A stretch of DNA of 64,000 bases from Minisyncoccota bacterium (GCA_036405895.1 DASWWS010000001.1:71864-135863); one strand, 5' to 3'; counted from the stretch's first letter, positions 47,181 through 57,414 are shown. Numbers and translations: made by a program. The notes: generated from the letters alone by a model not told the origin.

Positions 47181-48287
47181 TTACAGTGTACCGTGTTTAC
47201 TTCCGCTATACACCCATAGCTTGGAAGCGACGAAATTCCAGACAAATGTTACTGCTGTTGCAATAATGACACCGATACTGTCGGGGATATTGAAAAGACT
47301 GATGCAGGCCGAGAGGGTAGCGATATTGATACCCATGCCAATGCCCACTGTCAGATAAAATCGTACCAATTCGCCATAGCGGATGCGGGAAACATTGTTG
47401 AAAGTCCATGCACGGTTCCCAAAAAAGCTTGAAAGCGTCCCTGCTCCAAACGAGAATGCTTTGGCAACCAGCAGGTGCGCCGCAAAGAACTCACTGCTTC
47501 GCGTAAGAATAAAGTACAGCCCGATATCAATTGCAGTATTAAGCACGCCGACAGCGGCAAATCGAATGAGCTGAATTCTTGAAACTCGTCCAAGCTGCCC
47601 TCGGTAGAGCGAAACAAGATCCCGTACTGCTCGAGCAATGACACGGGGATGCGCACCTGTTGCGGTGCCTTGTGTGCGCGGAAAATGAGTGACGGGAATT
47701 TCCTTGAAGGCAACGCCTCGATGCTGCAGATGAATCAGCATCTCCGCGCTCATCATGGCTCCGCGCGTTTGCAAGGGAAGCCCAGCGACAAGCTTTCTAT
47801 CAAGAAGCTTGAAGGCGCAGTCAATATCGCACACCCGCAATCCAAAGAGAATGCGGTTTGCAATATTCCAGATCTTCGCATTGATAAGGCGAATGAGTGG
47901 GTCGTTTCGTTTTGCGCGATATCCGAGCACTGCTTTATATTCTTCGGCAAACGGCAAAAGAAGGGCGAGTTCGGACAAATCAAACTGCAAATCCGCGTCT
48001 GTAAAAAACACATAGTCATGCTGCGCGGATTGGATGCCGGTCCATACTGCTGCGCCATAGCCTTGGTTTTTTTCATGGTGCACCACTCGAACACTCTCAT
48101 GGATTTCTGCAAGACGGTCAGAAATTGTGCCCGTATTATCGGTAGACCCGTCGTTTACGATGATGATTTCGTAGGTATCGACAAGCTCTTTCACGGCCGT
48201 AATTGCTTTGGTGACTGCCTTTTCAATAGTATGCGCTTCATTATAGGCTGGAAAAAAAACCGAGAGAGATACCGGGCGGTTATTCAT
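47181..48287 (-). CDS. Family 2 glycosyltransferase (polyprenyl-phosphate sugar transferase type) with a C-terminal GtrA-like membrane domain
   Basis: FPAYNEAHTIEK...IIVNDGSTDNT...FFTDADLQFD (GT2 DXD). C-terminal RFAAVGVLNTAIDIGLYFIL (GtrA). Confidence 0.8.
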   Translation of the reverse strand: MNNRPVSLSVFFPAYNEAHTIEKAVTKAITAVKELVDTYEIIIVNDGSTDNTGTISDRLAEIHESVRVVHHEKNQGYGAAVWTGIQSAQHDYVFFTDADLQFDLSELALLLPFAEEYKAVLGYRAKRNDPLIRLINAKIWNIANRILFGLRVCDIDCAFKLLDRKLVAGLPLQTRGAMMSAEMLIHLQHRGVAFKEIPVTHFPRTQGTATGAHPRVIARAVRDLVSLYRGQLGRVSRIQLIRFAAVGVLNTAIDIGLYFILTRSSEFFAAHLLVAKAFSFGAGTLSSFFGNRAWTFNNVSRIRYGELVRFYLTVGIGMGINIATLSACISLFNIPDSIGVIIATAVTFVWNFVASKLWVYSGSKHGTL

Positions 48288-48340
48288 GCACTGTACAATA
48301 TCATATTTTTAGAGAGTGCTCTATGGTACGATAGGGTGCA

Positions 48341-48955
48341 GTGGAACAATTTTCTATCATCATAACGGAGCTCTTTTTTGCGCTTACGCCCCTTTTGCGA
48401 GGTGTGCTTATTTTCCTTTTTGCCTATGGCGAAGGGTTGCCCGTTATCGGCTCAATCTTGCCGGGAGGCACCATTGCGCTTTTGGTCGGAAGCCTTTCAG
48501 TGGCCGGATTCATTGCACCGTGGAGCGCTGTTCTTATCATTACAATCGGAAGCTTTTTGGGGGACATGACCGGATTTTTTATCGGCAAGAAATTCAAGCA
48601 CTGGAAGTGGGTGCAGCGCCTTGTCGTACAGAGCAAGCATCAAAAGTCGTGGGATCTCTTTGACCGCCACCTGGCGCTTATTGTCATTTTTGGAAAACTT
48701 ATTCCGGTCGTGCGATCGACTCCGTCATTTTTTGCGGGCGCCCGCAATGTAAAGGTGCGCACGTATATAGGCTTAAGTTTTGTCGGCAGCATGCTCTGGG
48801 CAGTCGTCGGCATTTATGGAGGCAATGCGCTCGCACGGGTTGCACCAAGTGCGGCAATTCCTGTTATTGTCGGCATACTTATTATCAGTGGCATCGCAGC
48901 AGTAGTTGCCAAGCGCCACAACGCTCGAAAAAAACAAAAACTTCAAAATTCATAA
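48341..48955 (+). CDS. DedA/VTT-domain membrane protein (second copy, divergent from the first)
   Basis: GEGLPVIGSILPGGTIALLVG. Confidence 0.7.
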   Translation: MEQFSIIITELFFALTPLLRGVLIFLFAYGEGLPVIGSILPGGTIALLVGSLSVAGFIAPWSAVLIITIGSFLGDMTGFFIGKKFKHWKWVQRLVVQSKHQKSWDLFDRHLALIVIFGKLIPVVRSTPSFFAGARNVKVRTYIGLSFVGSMLWAVVGIYGGNALARVAPSAAIPVIVGILIISGIAAVVAKRHNARKKQKLQNS

Positions 48956-49048
48956 CACCGTTCTTTATTGTTCTGTCAACGTAAGTGCCGCTCTTTCTCC
49001 TCGTCTCTATGTATGTCGCTTATAAGAAATAATAGTAAAATAATACAT

Positions 49049-49861
49049 ATGATTTCAAAGAAACTCGCCGCAATGGCCCTTATCGCTTTGGTATGTTCAG
49101 CAACTGCTGTGCATGCGGAGAGTGGTACTGATAAAGACACTACAAAATGGAACGGTTTTCGAACATCGTTTGGATTGAATGCTCGCATTGACGCTGATAA
49201 TCGTGAGGATGACAACAAGAATGGATGGGGTGACCGCAAGCAGGACAAGGATACTATGAATGAAAAGCGTTCATACGACCCAGGCGTGCTTGGCACCGTA
49301 ACCGCAAAAAGCTCTACTACTATTACAGTGAAAGCTGGCAAGGACGGCACTCTTTACACAGTTGCTACAGCGGACGCAAAAATCCGCACCCCCGGCAAAG
49401 GGGAAGCAACTCTTGCTGATATCGTGGTAGGAGACACCGTGCTCGTGCAGGGCGATATTGATGGGACTTCTATCGACGCAAGCATGATTATCGATGCTCG
49501 CCTTCCAAAAGGCACTGTCATTAAAAAAGACATGTCAGGAATTGCCGGCACTGTAACTGCTGTAACAGGAACAACTATCACTGTAAAAGGAAAGAATGAT
49601 GTAACGTACACAGTAGACGCCGACCAGGCACGCATCCGCCACGAGGGCGATGACGAGGCAACAGTTTCTGATATTGCTGTAGGAGACACCGTTATCGTAC
49701 AGGGAGCAGTAAACAGCACCTCTGTTGACGCAACCGCAATCATTGCAGTTGATGCAGACACCAAAGCCGAATTGAAGGCAGACTTGAAGGCTGAGGGGAA
49801 AACAGGATTCTTCCATAAAATTGGACTTTTCTTCAAAGGATTCTTTGGTAAGAAAGAATAA
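49049..49861 (+). CDS. Secreted protein with two ~70-aa internal tandem repeats
   Basis: Signal peptide MISKKLAAMALIALVCSATAVHA. Repeats GTVTAKSSTTITVKAGKDGTLYTV...DIVVGDTVLVQGDIDGTSIDASMIIDA and GTVTAVTGTTITVKGKNDVTYTV...DIAVGDTVIVQGAVNSTSVDATAIIAVDA. Confidence 0.55.
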   Translation: MISKKLAAMALIALVCSATAVHAESGTDKDTTKWNGFRTSFGLNARIDADNREDDNKNGWGDRKQDKDTMNEKRSYDPGVLGTVTAKSSTTITVKAGKDGTLYTVATADAKIRTPGKGEATLADIVVGDTVLVQGDIDGTSIDASMIIDARLPKGTVIKKDMSGIAGTVTAVTGTTITVKGKNDVTYTVDADQARIRHEGDDEATVSDIAVGDTVIVQGAVNSTSVDATAIIAVDADTKAELKADLKAEGKTGFFHKIGLFFKGFFGKKE

Positions 49862-49896
49862 TTCAACAATTCTCGGAATATATTCTCCCATTCCCT

Positions 49897-49928
49897 AAAA
49901 GAACCCGATTCTAGAATCGGGTTCTTTT
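49897..49928. terminator. Intrinsic terminator
   Basis: aaaagaacccgattctagaatcgggttctttt. Confidence 0.7.
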
Positions 49929-49981
49929 GCTATGAAAATACACATAGCGTATACTAGTCTTATTATAATAACTCTTATTTT

Positions 49982-50290
49982 ATGGAATCAGACACCACCC
50001 TTGAAGCTTTTGTAGAACGCCTTATTACTGAAAAGCAATTTGAAAATCTTGAACCCGAAGTGCGCGAGCAGCTCAAAAGCGACCTTGTCAGCCGGGCAGA
50101 GGACCACGTAAATGCGTCTGTGATTGCAGCGCTTTCTGAAACCGATCTTGCAGCCTTCCAAACAATGCTTGCAGAGGATAAGGATGCGGCAGCACTCCAG
50201 GCATTTCTTTCAGAGCATGTAAAAGATATGGACCAAGTAGTAGCGGGAGCATTGATAGCATTCCAACAGACCTATCTCGGTAAAGAATAG
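49982..50290 (+). CDS. Hypothetical small helical protein (102 aa)
   Basis: ORF 5 nt upstream of the giant ORF. Probable operon partner. Confidence 0.45.
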   Translation: MESDTTLEAFVERLITEKQFENLEPEVREQLKSDLVSRAEDHVNASVIAALSETDLAAFQTMLAEDKDAAALQAFLSEHVKDMDQVVAGALIAFQQTYLGKE

Positions 50291-50295
50291 TATTC

Positions 50296-53200
50296 ATGGA
50301 AAAGAATCACGATATTAACAAATCTTTGGAACACACAGCGCCGGAAGTCGTGCCTGTTGTAGAGGGTGAGACAGTGGATGTAGAGCACGAGCTGGTAGAA
50401 GCACCACAAGAACAAGAACAAGAACCGCAAACGACAGAACAAGAATCAGAACAGGTGCAGCCAGAGCAAGCGGCAGAACCCGTACCGGAATCCGCAGTAA
50501 AGGAGACTAAGAGCCCCGAAGAATTGCAGAAAGAATTTGAAGCCCAAATCAAACAAATCGCTTTTGTAAACGTGGCCCAGCTTGCTGAAAACGAAGCGCG
50601 CGATGTTGCCGAAGAGCGCCTTACCGAGGAGCGCGAAAAGTCTACTGGCGTAAAAAATTTCTTTAAGCGCGTATGGAAGCACAACATTGCGCGAGAGTAT
50701 TACCGCCAAAGAGAAATCGCGGACGTGAAAGATGCGATTTATTCTCAGCAGAATATTTTTGCCGGGGAGGCCTTGGAAAAAAAGAGCCACCAGTCTGCAA
50801 TGGATGCAGTAACCGAGCGTTTTTTGAGCGAATACGATGGCGTGATTCGAGAAGATGCGGGTGAAAAAAAGGCTTTGCTTGAAGAAGAAAACCCGGAGGT
50901 GAAAACGCTGAAGGGTGAAATCACCGAAATGATTAAAGGATATGCCAATGGAAGCATTGATGATGCGACATTTGATGTTGAGCGCGACAGAATCCTTGAG
51001 AGTGTGGGTGCTGTGGGCAAAGAAACGGTGGGTGAAGGCCGATTGTATGCGGACAACCTCAAGCGCGTTGCCGAACAATTAAAGCATGCACTTAATCATG
51101 GCGTATCACTTGAGAATCTTGATATGAAATTTGATCTTAAGGTGGGGCGCGCCGTGTCAGGTGTTAAAACCGAAGCCAATACAAACAAGGTAGACAGGGC
51201 AATTGAGTGGATTAACAAAAAAACAAAAGGGGGAAGCAGTATTCTTATAAATGAAACCACTGTCGCAGCCGGTGTTTCTATTGCGACCGCTTTCGGCGCC
51301 GCTGCACTGAAAGGCGCTGCACGTACTACTGCGCAAGTCGGCGGATTTATGGGGGGAGCTGCGCTTGCCGGCACCATGAGCGCATTTAAGGAAAACAGCC
51401 GCCTTAAAAATGAGCGCGCGCAGCATGCCCGCGACCGCGCAAAAGGGCGTGTGATTGATGAAGATTCTCCGCGCCGGGAAAAGATGGAAGCGTTTCAATA
51501 CAAGACCAAGACAGCGCAAGAGCTTCGCAGCGGACTCCTTTCAACGCTCTATACCGACAATGACCCAAGCAAAGGTATTAGCGAAGAAATGAAGTCGCCG
51601 GAGAAATTCAAGGCTGCCCTTGCCGCACTTGCAGAAGTGGAGGGGCGCATCAGTGTTTCCAATAAAGCGCGCATTGACCTGATTTCTTTTTCTGATGCAA
51701 AGGCGGTTGAAGTTGAGCGAACGGCGCTTGAAATAGAGCATGCCCGCGCAAAGACGCTGCTTCGAAACTATTACGACAGCACTCCTGCAATCAACGAGTC
51801 AATTCGGGAAAAATTTGATTCACTGCTTGCCAAGGACGCCGGCGCATACGAAAAGTCTCTTTTTGATGGAGATCTCAGCGAAAAAGACAAGGCATTTCGT
51901 GCAATGAAGCAAAAAGCCGTGGGCCGCGCATTGGTCAAGGGTGCACTTTCAAGTGTTGTTGTGGGAGGTGTTGTGCAAGAAGGCATGGCATTTGCACAGA
52001 GCAACACGGAAGGATTTGTTGAAGGTTTAACAGTCGGAAATCCGACAGCAGAACATGCAACCCCCCTTGAATCTCTTCGAGTATGGATCTCGGGTAAGTT
52101 CGGCGAGAAGGCGGCAGATGCAGTGGAAGTTTCAAACCTCCATCTTAAAGAAGTGCAGTGGAGCAATCTCAGAGAACACCTTCGTTTTCCAGAAGGAACA
52201 GAACTTACTGAAAATGGGGACGGAAGCGTAACAATCACCCAAGGAGGCACAGTGCTTGCAGACCACATACCGTTTGAGTTTGGAGCCGACCATATTCCGA
52301 CAGCAGAAACGCTTGCATCGCTGAGTGCGCACAAGATTATTCCCGGAGATGTGACGGTTGATTCCATTACAGAAATGATAGAAGGAGCGCCGCTTTCTCC
52401 AAAAGAATATGTTGACCAAAACCTTGAAGATACGCAGGCTATCAAGCGAGACCTGTGGTATGACAACAATACAACAGCGCCTGTATTTGAGAAAAACGAA
52501 TTACAGGCCGACTGGGGCGGAGAAAATGCTACGGGTATTGATGAGAAAGGAAATTATGTATTCAGTACGGCCGAGATGTCCAAAGATGGCTCGACCCAGG
52601 GCGCATTTTCTGCTGATGCAAAAGCACTTGCGGAGAAAGGGGAACTGAAGATGCTTCTGTCGCTCTCCAAAGACACGCAAAACCAAGTGTTTGAAGTTCC
52701 TATCGATGCAAATGGTAATGCTGTTATCGACCCAAACAGCGAAGTGGGCAAGCTATTCTTTACGACAGTGGACGGCAAGGCCGTATTCAACGGAAAGTAT
52801 GCTGAAGTTGCCCAGATAATGAAGGGCGCCGAGGGGGAAGCGGAGCATGTTCGCGTGCTGAGCACTGTTGTTGGAAAAGGAATTGATACGCTGCCCGGAA
52901 TGAAAGAAAGTGTTGTTGAGGAAGCAACCCATGACTTTACCTTCGATACTGCGCCCGCTGACCTGCCGCGAGACACTGATTTGCCGCCGACAATTCCCTT
53001 GGTAGGGCGTATTCCGCTTGAGCCGATGAAAGGACCCGCAGAAGAAAAGAAAGAAGAAAAACCTCTTGTCGATATACCTTCAATGATTCCGACAGCAGAA
53101 CAACCACCAATCGCTCCTCCCGCTGTAACGGTAATGGATGTAGCTCCAGACGGAACATTGATGAAAGAAAATGTGCAAACAGGAGAAAGCGAACCTGTTG

Positions 53201-53790
53201 TTGCAAAGAATGGACAATGGAATGGAGAGGTGGAAGTCGATACTCCTGAACAAAAAAAGACTGAAGCAATTTCGCAAGCTGACTACGATGCCCTTCGAAA
53301 AGACCTTGATCTTATAAATGCAAAAATACAGGGGCACGATGGCATAATCACGGTGAACGAAAACGACTTTGCGTCGACCTTGGGGCGCCGCCGCTACCTT
53401 GATCTTAATCGGGTGCCTGACGGAAAACCGGTATCATTTAATAAAGAAGAATTGCGCGCAATAGGAGACTCTCTTGAGAAGACTCTTTCAGAAAGCCATA
53501 TCGACAGCACGCTCAAGCCCGGAGAAAAAGAGCGCATGCTCAGAGAAGGGATAGCGCTTGCAGAGTACAATATGCTTCGCGCGGACATGGAGAAAATCAA
53601 TAAAGAATATGCCCAAGGACGCAACATTCTCAGCATGAATCCAGATGAGTTCCAATCAGCATATGCAAAGCTTCGCCTCTTTGAACTCAAGCAAGAAGAG
53701 CGAGCTCGCCCCGCATTGTATCGAGGAGAGCTTCGTACTATCGGAGACGAGGTAGAAGACCTGCTCGTGCGAGGAACAATAAAAAATTAA
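50296..53790 (+). CDS. Giant hypothetical protein (1164 aa). Acidic QE-rich N-terminus, coiled-coil stretches, and two Gly/Ala-rich hydrophobic segments.
   Basis: Long uninterrupted ORF. No catalytic motif recognised. Hydrophobic stretches SILINETTVAAGVSIATAFGAAAL and VGGFMGGAALAGTMSAF. Confidence 0.6.
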   Translation: MEKNHDINKSLEHTAPEVVPVVEGETVDVEHELVEAPQEQEQEPQTTEQESEQVQPEQAAEPVPESAVKETKSPEELQKEFEAQIKQIAFVNVAQLAENEARDVAEERLTEEREKSTGVKNFFKRVWKHNIAREYYRQREIADVKDAIYSQQNIFAGEALEKKSHQSAMDAVTERFLSEYDGVIREDAGEKKALLEEENPEVKTLKGEITEMIKGYANGSIDDATFDVERDRILESVGAVGKETVGEGRLYADNLKRVAEQLKHALNHGVSLENLDMKFDLKVGRAVSGVKTEANTNKVDRAIEWINKKTKGGSSILINETTVAAGVSIATAFGAAALKGAARTTAQVGGFMGGAALAGTMSAFKENSRLKNERAQHARDRAKGRVIDEDSPRREKMEAFQYKTKTAQELRSGLLSTLYTDNDPSKGISEEMKSPEKFKAALAALAEVEGRISVSNKARIDLISFSDAKAVEVERTALEIEHARAKTLLRNYYDSTPAINESIREKFDSLLAKDAGAYEKSLFDGDLSEKDKAFRAMKQKAVGRALVKGALSSVVVGGVVQEGMAFAQSNTEGFVEGLTVGNPTAEHATPLESLRVWISGKFGEKAADAVEVSNLHLKEVQWSNLREHLRFPEGTELTENGDGSVTITQGGTVLADHIPFEFGADHIPTAETLASLSAHKIIPGDVTVDSITEMIEGAPLSPKEYVDQNLEDTQAIKRDLWYDNNTTAPVFEKNELQADWGGENATGIDEKGNYVFSTAEMSKDGSTQGAFSADAKALAEKGELKMLLSLSKDTQNQVFEVPIDANGNAVIDPNSEVGKLFFTTVDGKAVFNGKYAEVAQIMKGAEGEAEHVRVLSTVVGKGIDTLPGMKESVVEEATHDFTFDTAPADLPRDTDLPPTIPLVGRIPLEPMKGPAEEKKEEKPLVDIPSMIPTAEQPPIAPPAVTVMDVAPDGTLMKENVQTGESEPVVAKNGQWNGEVEVDTPEQKKTEAISQADYDALRKDLDLINAKIQGHDGIITVNENDFASTLGRRRYLDLNRVPDGKPVSFNKEELRAIGDSLEKTLSESHIDSTLKPGEKERMLREGIALAEYNMLRADMEKINKEYAQGRNILSMNPDEFQSAYAKLRLFELKQEERARPALYRGELRTIGDEVEDLLVRGTIKN

Positions 53791-53801
53791 TGTATAAAAA
53801 T

Positions 53802-53836
53802 AATTACACCGCAGGCTCTGTGGTGTAATTATTTTT
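53802..53836. terminator. Intrinsic terminator
   Basis: aattacaccgcaggctctgtggtgtaattattttt. Confidence 0.7.
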
Positions 53837-53857
53837 CCACTCCGTTGAGCATGGTGC

Positions 53858-56800
53858 ATGTTATATAATAGAAAGATGATGAAGTACACCACACCACTGT
53901 TCTTGATAGCATTTTTATTTCTTATCAGTCCGTTTTCTGCGCATGCTGCATTTAGTGATACGCCTCAAGCTCGTTATGTAGGCACTACAGCGGGGTCATA
54001 TTATACGATGGCGCAAAATGCGGATACGATTTATGTCGGGGGCGAGTTTCCCGATATTGCTGTTACCAATAGCGTGCTCTCGCTCAATCTTGCAAATCAA
54101 ACAATAGCTGACAGAGAACTTCCGCTTGTCGTCGCAGCATCAGAAGGAATTATGGCAACTGCAGTTGATGCAGACGGCAATATATATCTTGCGGGGGACC
54201 CAATTGAAGTTGACGGAGTTGATAGAGGAAGGGTTGTTCGCATTCTTGCGAATGGAACGCTTGATGAGTCCTTTTCCATAGAAACAACCCAAGGAATTCG
54301 CGCACTGGCACTTTCAGGGGATACTCTGTATGCCGGAGGTGATGGGGAGCTGATTGCCATTGATTTGGACACCGCTGAGCAGGATGTTGTAGGAACGGAT
54401 ATGCTCGGAATCCTTTCTCTTGCAGTTTCAGGAAATATTCTGTATGTCGGAGGGCAGTTTTCCGATGCTGATGCTGACTCGGGGAATCCGGAAGTCTATA
54501 AATATCTCGCCGCATTTGATATGAGTGTTCCGGGCGGCGCACTGGTAACAGCTTTCAATCCTATTATTGACGGAGGAGCAGTGCGTGCTCTTGTTGTGTC
54601 TGGAGGCACGGTGTATGCAGGAGGATCGTTTACAGAAGTGGATGGCGACACTGCGCACAATGCAGTAGTTGCGCTGAGTACGACCGACGGAAGCATTGTT
54701 GAAAGTTTTGCCGCATCAGTGGATACAGGCGGGGTAGTGCTCGACCTCCTTCTTGAAGGCACAACACTCTATGTTGCAGGAAATTTCAACGGCATAAATA
54801 GCGAAGCTCGATTAGGTGTTGCAGCAGTGTCTACCATAGATGGCTCCGTTATTACTGCATTTGATGCAGATCTTACGGGGACTGCTCGCTCTGTAGTGTT
54901 GCATAACAGCACTCTTTACATGGGGGGAGAATTTATGGCTCTCAACGGGGACATGAACCATAATTATTTTGGAGCATTTGATGCTGCAACAGGAGAAATG
55001 CAAGCACTGAAAGCTTCTGTAGGGGCAAATGTAAATTCACTTTTTCTTTTGGGAGAGAGGTTGTATATAGCGGGAGAGTTCACCTCTACATCATTTTTTA
55101 GAAATGGGATTGCTGCTTTTGAAAAAGAATCAGGAGCCTTGACCTTCTTTGACCCTGGAATTGAAACATCTGCACCTGTCTATGCATTAATGCTTGATGG
55201 CACCACGCTGTATGCGGGTGGAGGGTTTTCGGGTATGGGCCCGGACGCTGAGCACAACTTTCTTGCAGCATTCGACAGTACGACAGGTGCTCTGATAGAG
55301 AGCTTCAAGCCTATTATTGAAAATACTGTCTGGAGTATTGCACTCGACGGCACCACAATCTATGCCGGAGGAGAGTTTACTGCAGTAGGAGGCAATGCGG
55401 CACACAATCGTCTTGCGGCATTCAATACTGCAGATGGCAGCTTAGTGGGGACACTTGCTCCGGACTTGGATTTTGAGGTGTGGACACTGTTTGTTGATGG
55501 TCAAAATGACCGACTCTATGTTGGGGGTGTATTTACTGATGTCGACGGAGATCCAGATTTGGATTATCTGGTGGCGTTTGACACAGTTACGGGAGCCCTT
55601 ATTCCAAGCTTTAATCCGATTGTTAATGGTGACGTCTATTCATTTGCACTTGACGGCACTACGCTTTATGTAGGAGGAACCTTTACTGCGGTAGGAGGCA
55701 ATGCGGCACACAATCGTCTTGCGGCATTCAGCACTGCTGACGGATCAGTAATTGGGTCCTTTGTTCCTAATCTTGAAACAAGCAATCCAAACTCTCTCGT
55801 GCTCGACGGTGACACGCTCTATGCGGCAGGGTATTTTACAGCAGTCAATGGCGACAGCGACTACGCGTATCTTGCAGCGCTTGATACTACAGACGGCTCT
55901 CTTGTGTCTGGCTTCAATCCTGTAATGAATGCTGACGTGTTGGCAATCCAAAGTGATGACGATGCATTATATGCGGCCGGATCCTTTAGTTCTGTAGGAG
56001 GAGAGGATCATAGTCATATTGCAGCCTTTCCTTTCGCTGTTCTTACCCCAACCGTTACTACCCAAGCCGCTTCTTCTATCACCCAAACCACTGCGACTCT
56101 CAACGGCACAATCGCCGATACAGGAGGTGAGAATGCAACTGCTCGCGGATTCAATTACGGTCTTACAACAGGGTATGGATCTACAGCGTCTACGAGCGGT
56201 TCATACTCAGCCGGCGCCTATACTGCAAGTATTACAGGCCTTACCTGCGGCACCCTTTATAACTTCCGCGCATTTGCGACCAATTCTGAAGATACTGGCA
56301 CTGGAGCAAACCAAACATTCACCACAAGTGCCTGTGACGGAGGGTCGGATGCCCCCACTGTAACAACAGAGGACACTTCTTCTCTCAACAGAACCACTGC
56401 TACAGTAAACGGAACCATTACTGCAACAGGAGGAGAAACTGTGACTGCTCGCGGATTCAATTATGGAATTACGACAAGTTACGGCAGCACCGTTTCTGAA
56501 ACGGGTACGTACTCAACCGGCGCATTTTCAGCACAGATTGAGGGTCTTGAGTGTGAGACTGAGTATCACTATCGTGCATTTGCAACCAATACTGAGGGTA
56601 CCAGCTATGGATCCGATGAGGTATTCACGACTTCAGACTGTACACGAAGCGGAGGAGGATCATCCTCAAGCGGGCCGCGCAATGATGCGTCTGCTCCCGC
56701 TGAAACTCCCACCCCTTCAACCGACACAACAGCGTGCCGCCCTGGAGACAATTTTAGCGCCGCAACGGGAGCGAGATGTTCTGGAACGGCAACGCCACCA

Positions 56801-57133
56801 GGCACCACCACTCCTCCCGGTACAACACCGGGCACCCCAGCTACTCCGGGAACCACAACCCCTGTCCCTCCTGCAACAAAATCAGCAGTGACGCTTGCTC
56901 CAACGCTTTCACTCAACAAAGACGATGTTGCGGTTAAATCCCTCCAACAGATTCTTAATGCTCTTGGCTACACCGTCTCAACAGAGGGAGCGGGTGCACC
57001 AGGAAAAGAAACCACCACCTTTGGGCCTAAAACAAAGGCTGCGCTTATTAAGTTCCAAGCAGCAAACGCTCTTGTTGCAGACGGAATCTTTGGACCGAAG
57101 ACGAAGGCTTCACTCTTGTTGCTTGTGCAATAA
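53858..57133 (+). CDS. Secreted beta-propeller repeat protein (delta-60/LYVGG-type repeats), followed by two Ig/FN3-like domains, a Thr/Pro-rich linker and a C-terminal peptidoglycan-binding domain
   Basis: Signal peptide. More than 12 repeats of the form TLYAGGEFTAVGGNAAHNRLAAF(D/N)TADGS. Duplicated TTATLNGTI...ARGFNYG...YHYRAFATN modules. C-terminal LSLNKDDVAVKSLQQILNALGYTV...FGPKTKAALIKFQAANALVADGIFGPKT (PG_binding_1-like). The alternative start MMKYTT lies 6 codons in. Confidence 0.65.
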   Translation: MLYNRKMMKYTTPLFLIAFLFLISPFSAHAAFSDTPQARYVGTTAGSYYTMAQNADTIYVGGEFPDIAVTNSVLSLNLANQTIADRELPLVVAASEGIMATAVDADGNIYLAGDPIEVDGVDRGRVVRILANGTLDESFSIETTQGIRALALSGDTLYAGGDGELIAIDLDTAEQDVVGTDMLGILSLAVSGNILYVGGQFSDADADSGNPEVYKYLAAFDMSVPGGALVTAFNPIIDGGAVRALVVSGGTVYAGGSFTEVDGDTAHNAVVALSTTDGSIVESFAASVDTGGVVLDLLLEGTTLYVAGNFNGINSEARLGVAAVSTIDGSVITAFDADLTGTARSVVLHNSTLYMGGEFMALNGDMNHNYFGAFDAATGEMQALKASVGANVNSLFLLGERLYIAGEFTSTSFFRNGIAAFEKESGALTFFDPGIETSAPVYALMLDGTTLYAGGGFSGMGPDAEHNFLAAFDSTTGALIESFKPIIENTVWSIALDGTTIYAGGEFTAVGGNAAHNRLAAFNTADGSLVGTLAPDLDFEVWTLFVDGQNDRLYVGGVFTDVDGDPDLDYLVAFDTVTGALIPSFNPIVNGDVYSFALDGTTLYVGGTFTAVGGNAAHNRLAAFSTADGSVIGSFVPNLETSNPNSLVLDGDTLYAAGYFTAVNGDSDYAYLAALDTTDGSLVSGFNPVMNADVLAIQSDDDALYAAGSFSSVGGEDHSHIAAFPFAVLTPTVTTQAASSITQTTATLNGTIADTGGENATARGFNYGLTTGYGSTASTSGSYSAGAYTASITGLTCGTLYNFRAFATNSEDTGTGANQTFTTSACDGGSDAPTVTTEDTSSLNRTTATVNGTITATGGETVTARGFNYGITTSYGSTVSETGTYSTGAFSAQIEGLECETEYHYRAFATNTEGTSYGSDEVFTTSDCTRSGGGSSSSGPRNDASAPAETPTPSTDTTACRPGDNFSAATGARCSGTATPPGTTTPPGTTPGTPATPGTTTPVPPATKSAVTLAPTLSLNKDDVAVKSLQQILNALGYTVSTEGAGAPGKETTTFGPKTKAALIKFQAANALVADGIFGPKTKASLLLLVQ

Positions 57134-57134
57134 A

Positions 57135-57173
57135 TAAAAAAACTCCGGACATCGAATGTCCGGAGTTTTTTTA
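57135..57173. terminator. Bidirectional intrinsic terminator
   Basis: aaaaaaactccggacatcgaatgtccggagttttttt. Confidence 0.75.
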
Positions 57174-57185
57174 TTACGCGCTGTA

Positions 57186-57320
57186 TTATGCAGCTGCTTC
57201 TTCAGAAGGAGTTTCCTCTGCAGGAGCTTCTTCTGAAGTGCCTTCAGTAGCTTCTTGTGCAGCGAGGGCAGCCTTTTCTTCTTCAGTGAGTTCTACGTTT
57301 GTTGTTTCGTCTGGATTCAT
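57186..57320 (-). CDS. Small acidic protein (44 aa) not present in the ORF track
   Basis: ATG...TAA ORF on the minus strand, MNPDETTNVELTEEEKAALAAQEATEGTSEEAPAEETPSEEAAA. It sits between two terminators. Confidence 0.3.
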   Translation of the reverse strand: MNPDETTNVELTEEEKAALAAQEATEGTSEEAPAEETPSEEAAA

Positions 57321-57388
57321 AGTATATATCTGTTTAACTGGTATCTATTCATCATAGCATATGTGTTGTGTAATAGATAGGTGCAAGT

Positions 57389-57414
57389 AAAAAGCCTCCG
57401 AAAGGAGGCTTTTT
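57389..57414. terminator. Bidirectional intrinsic terminator
   Basis: aaaaagcctccgaaaggaggcttttt. Confidence 0.7.
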
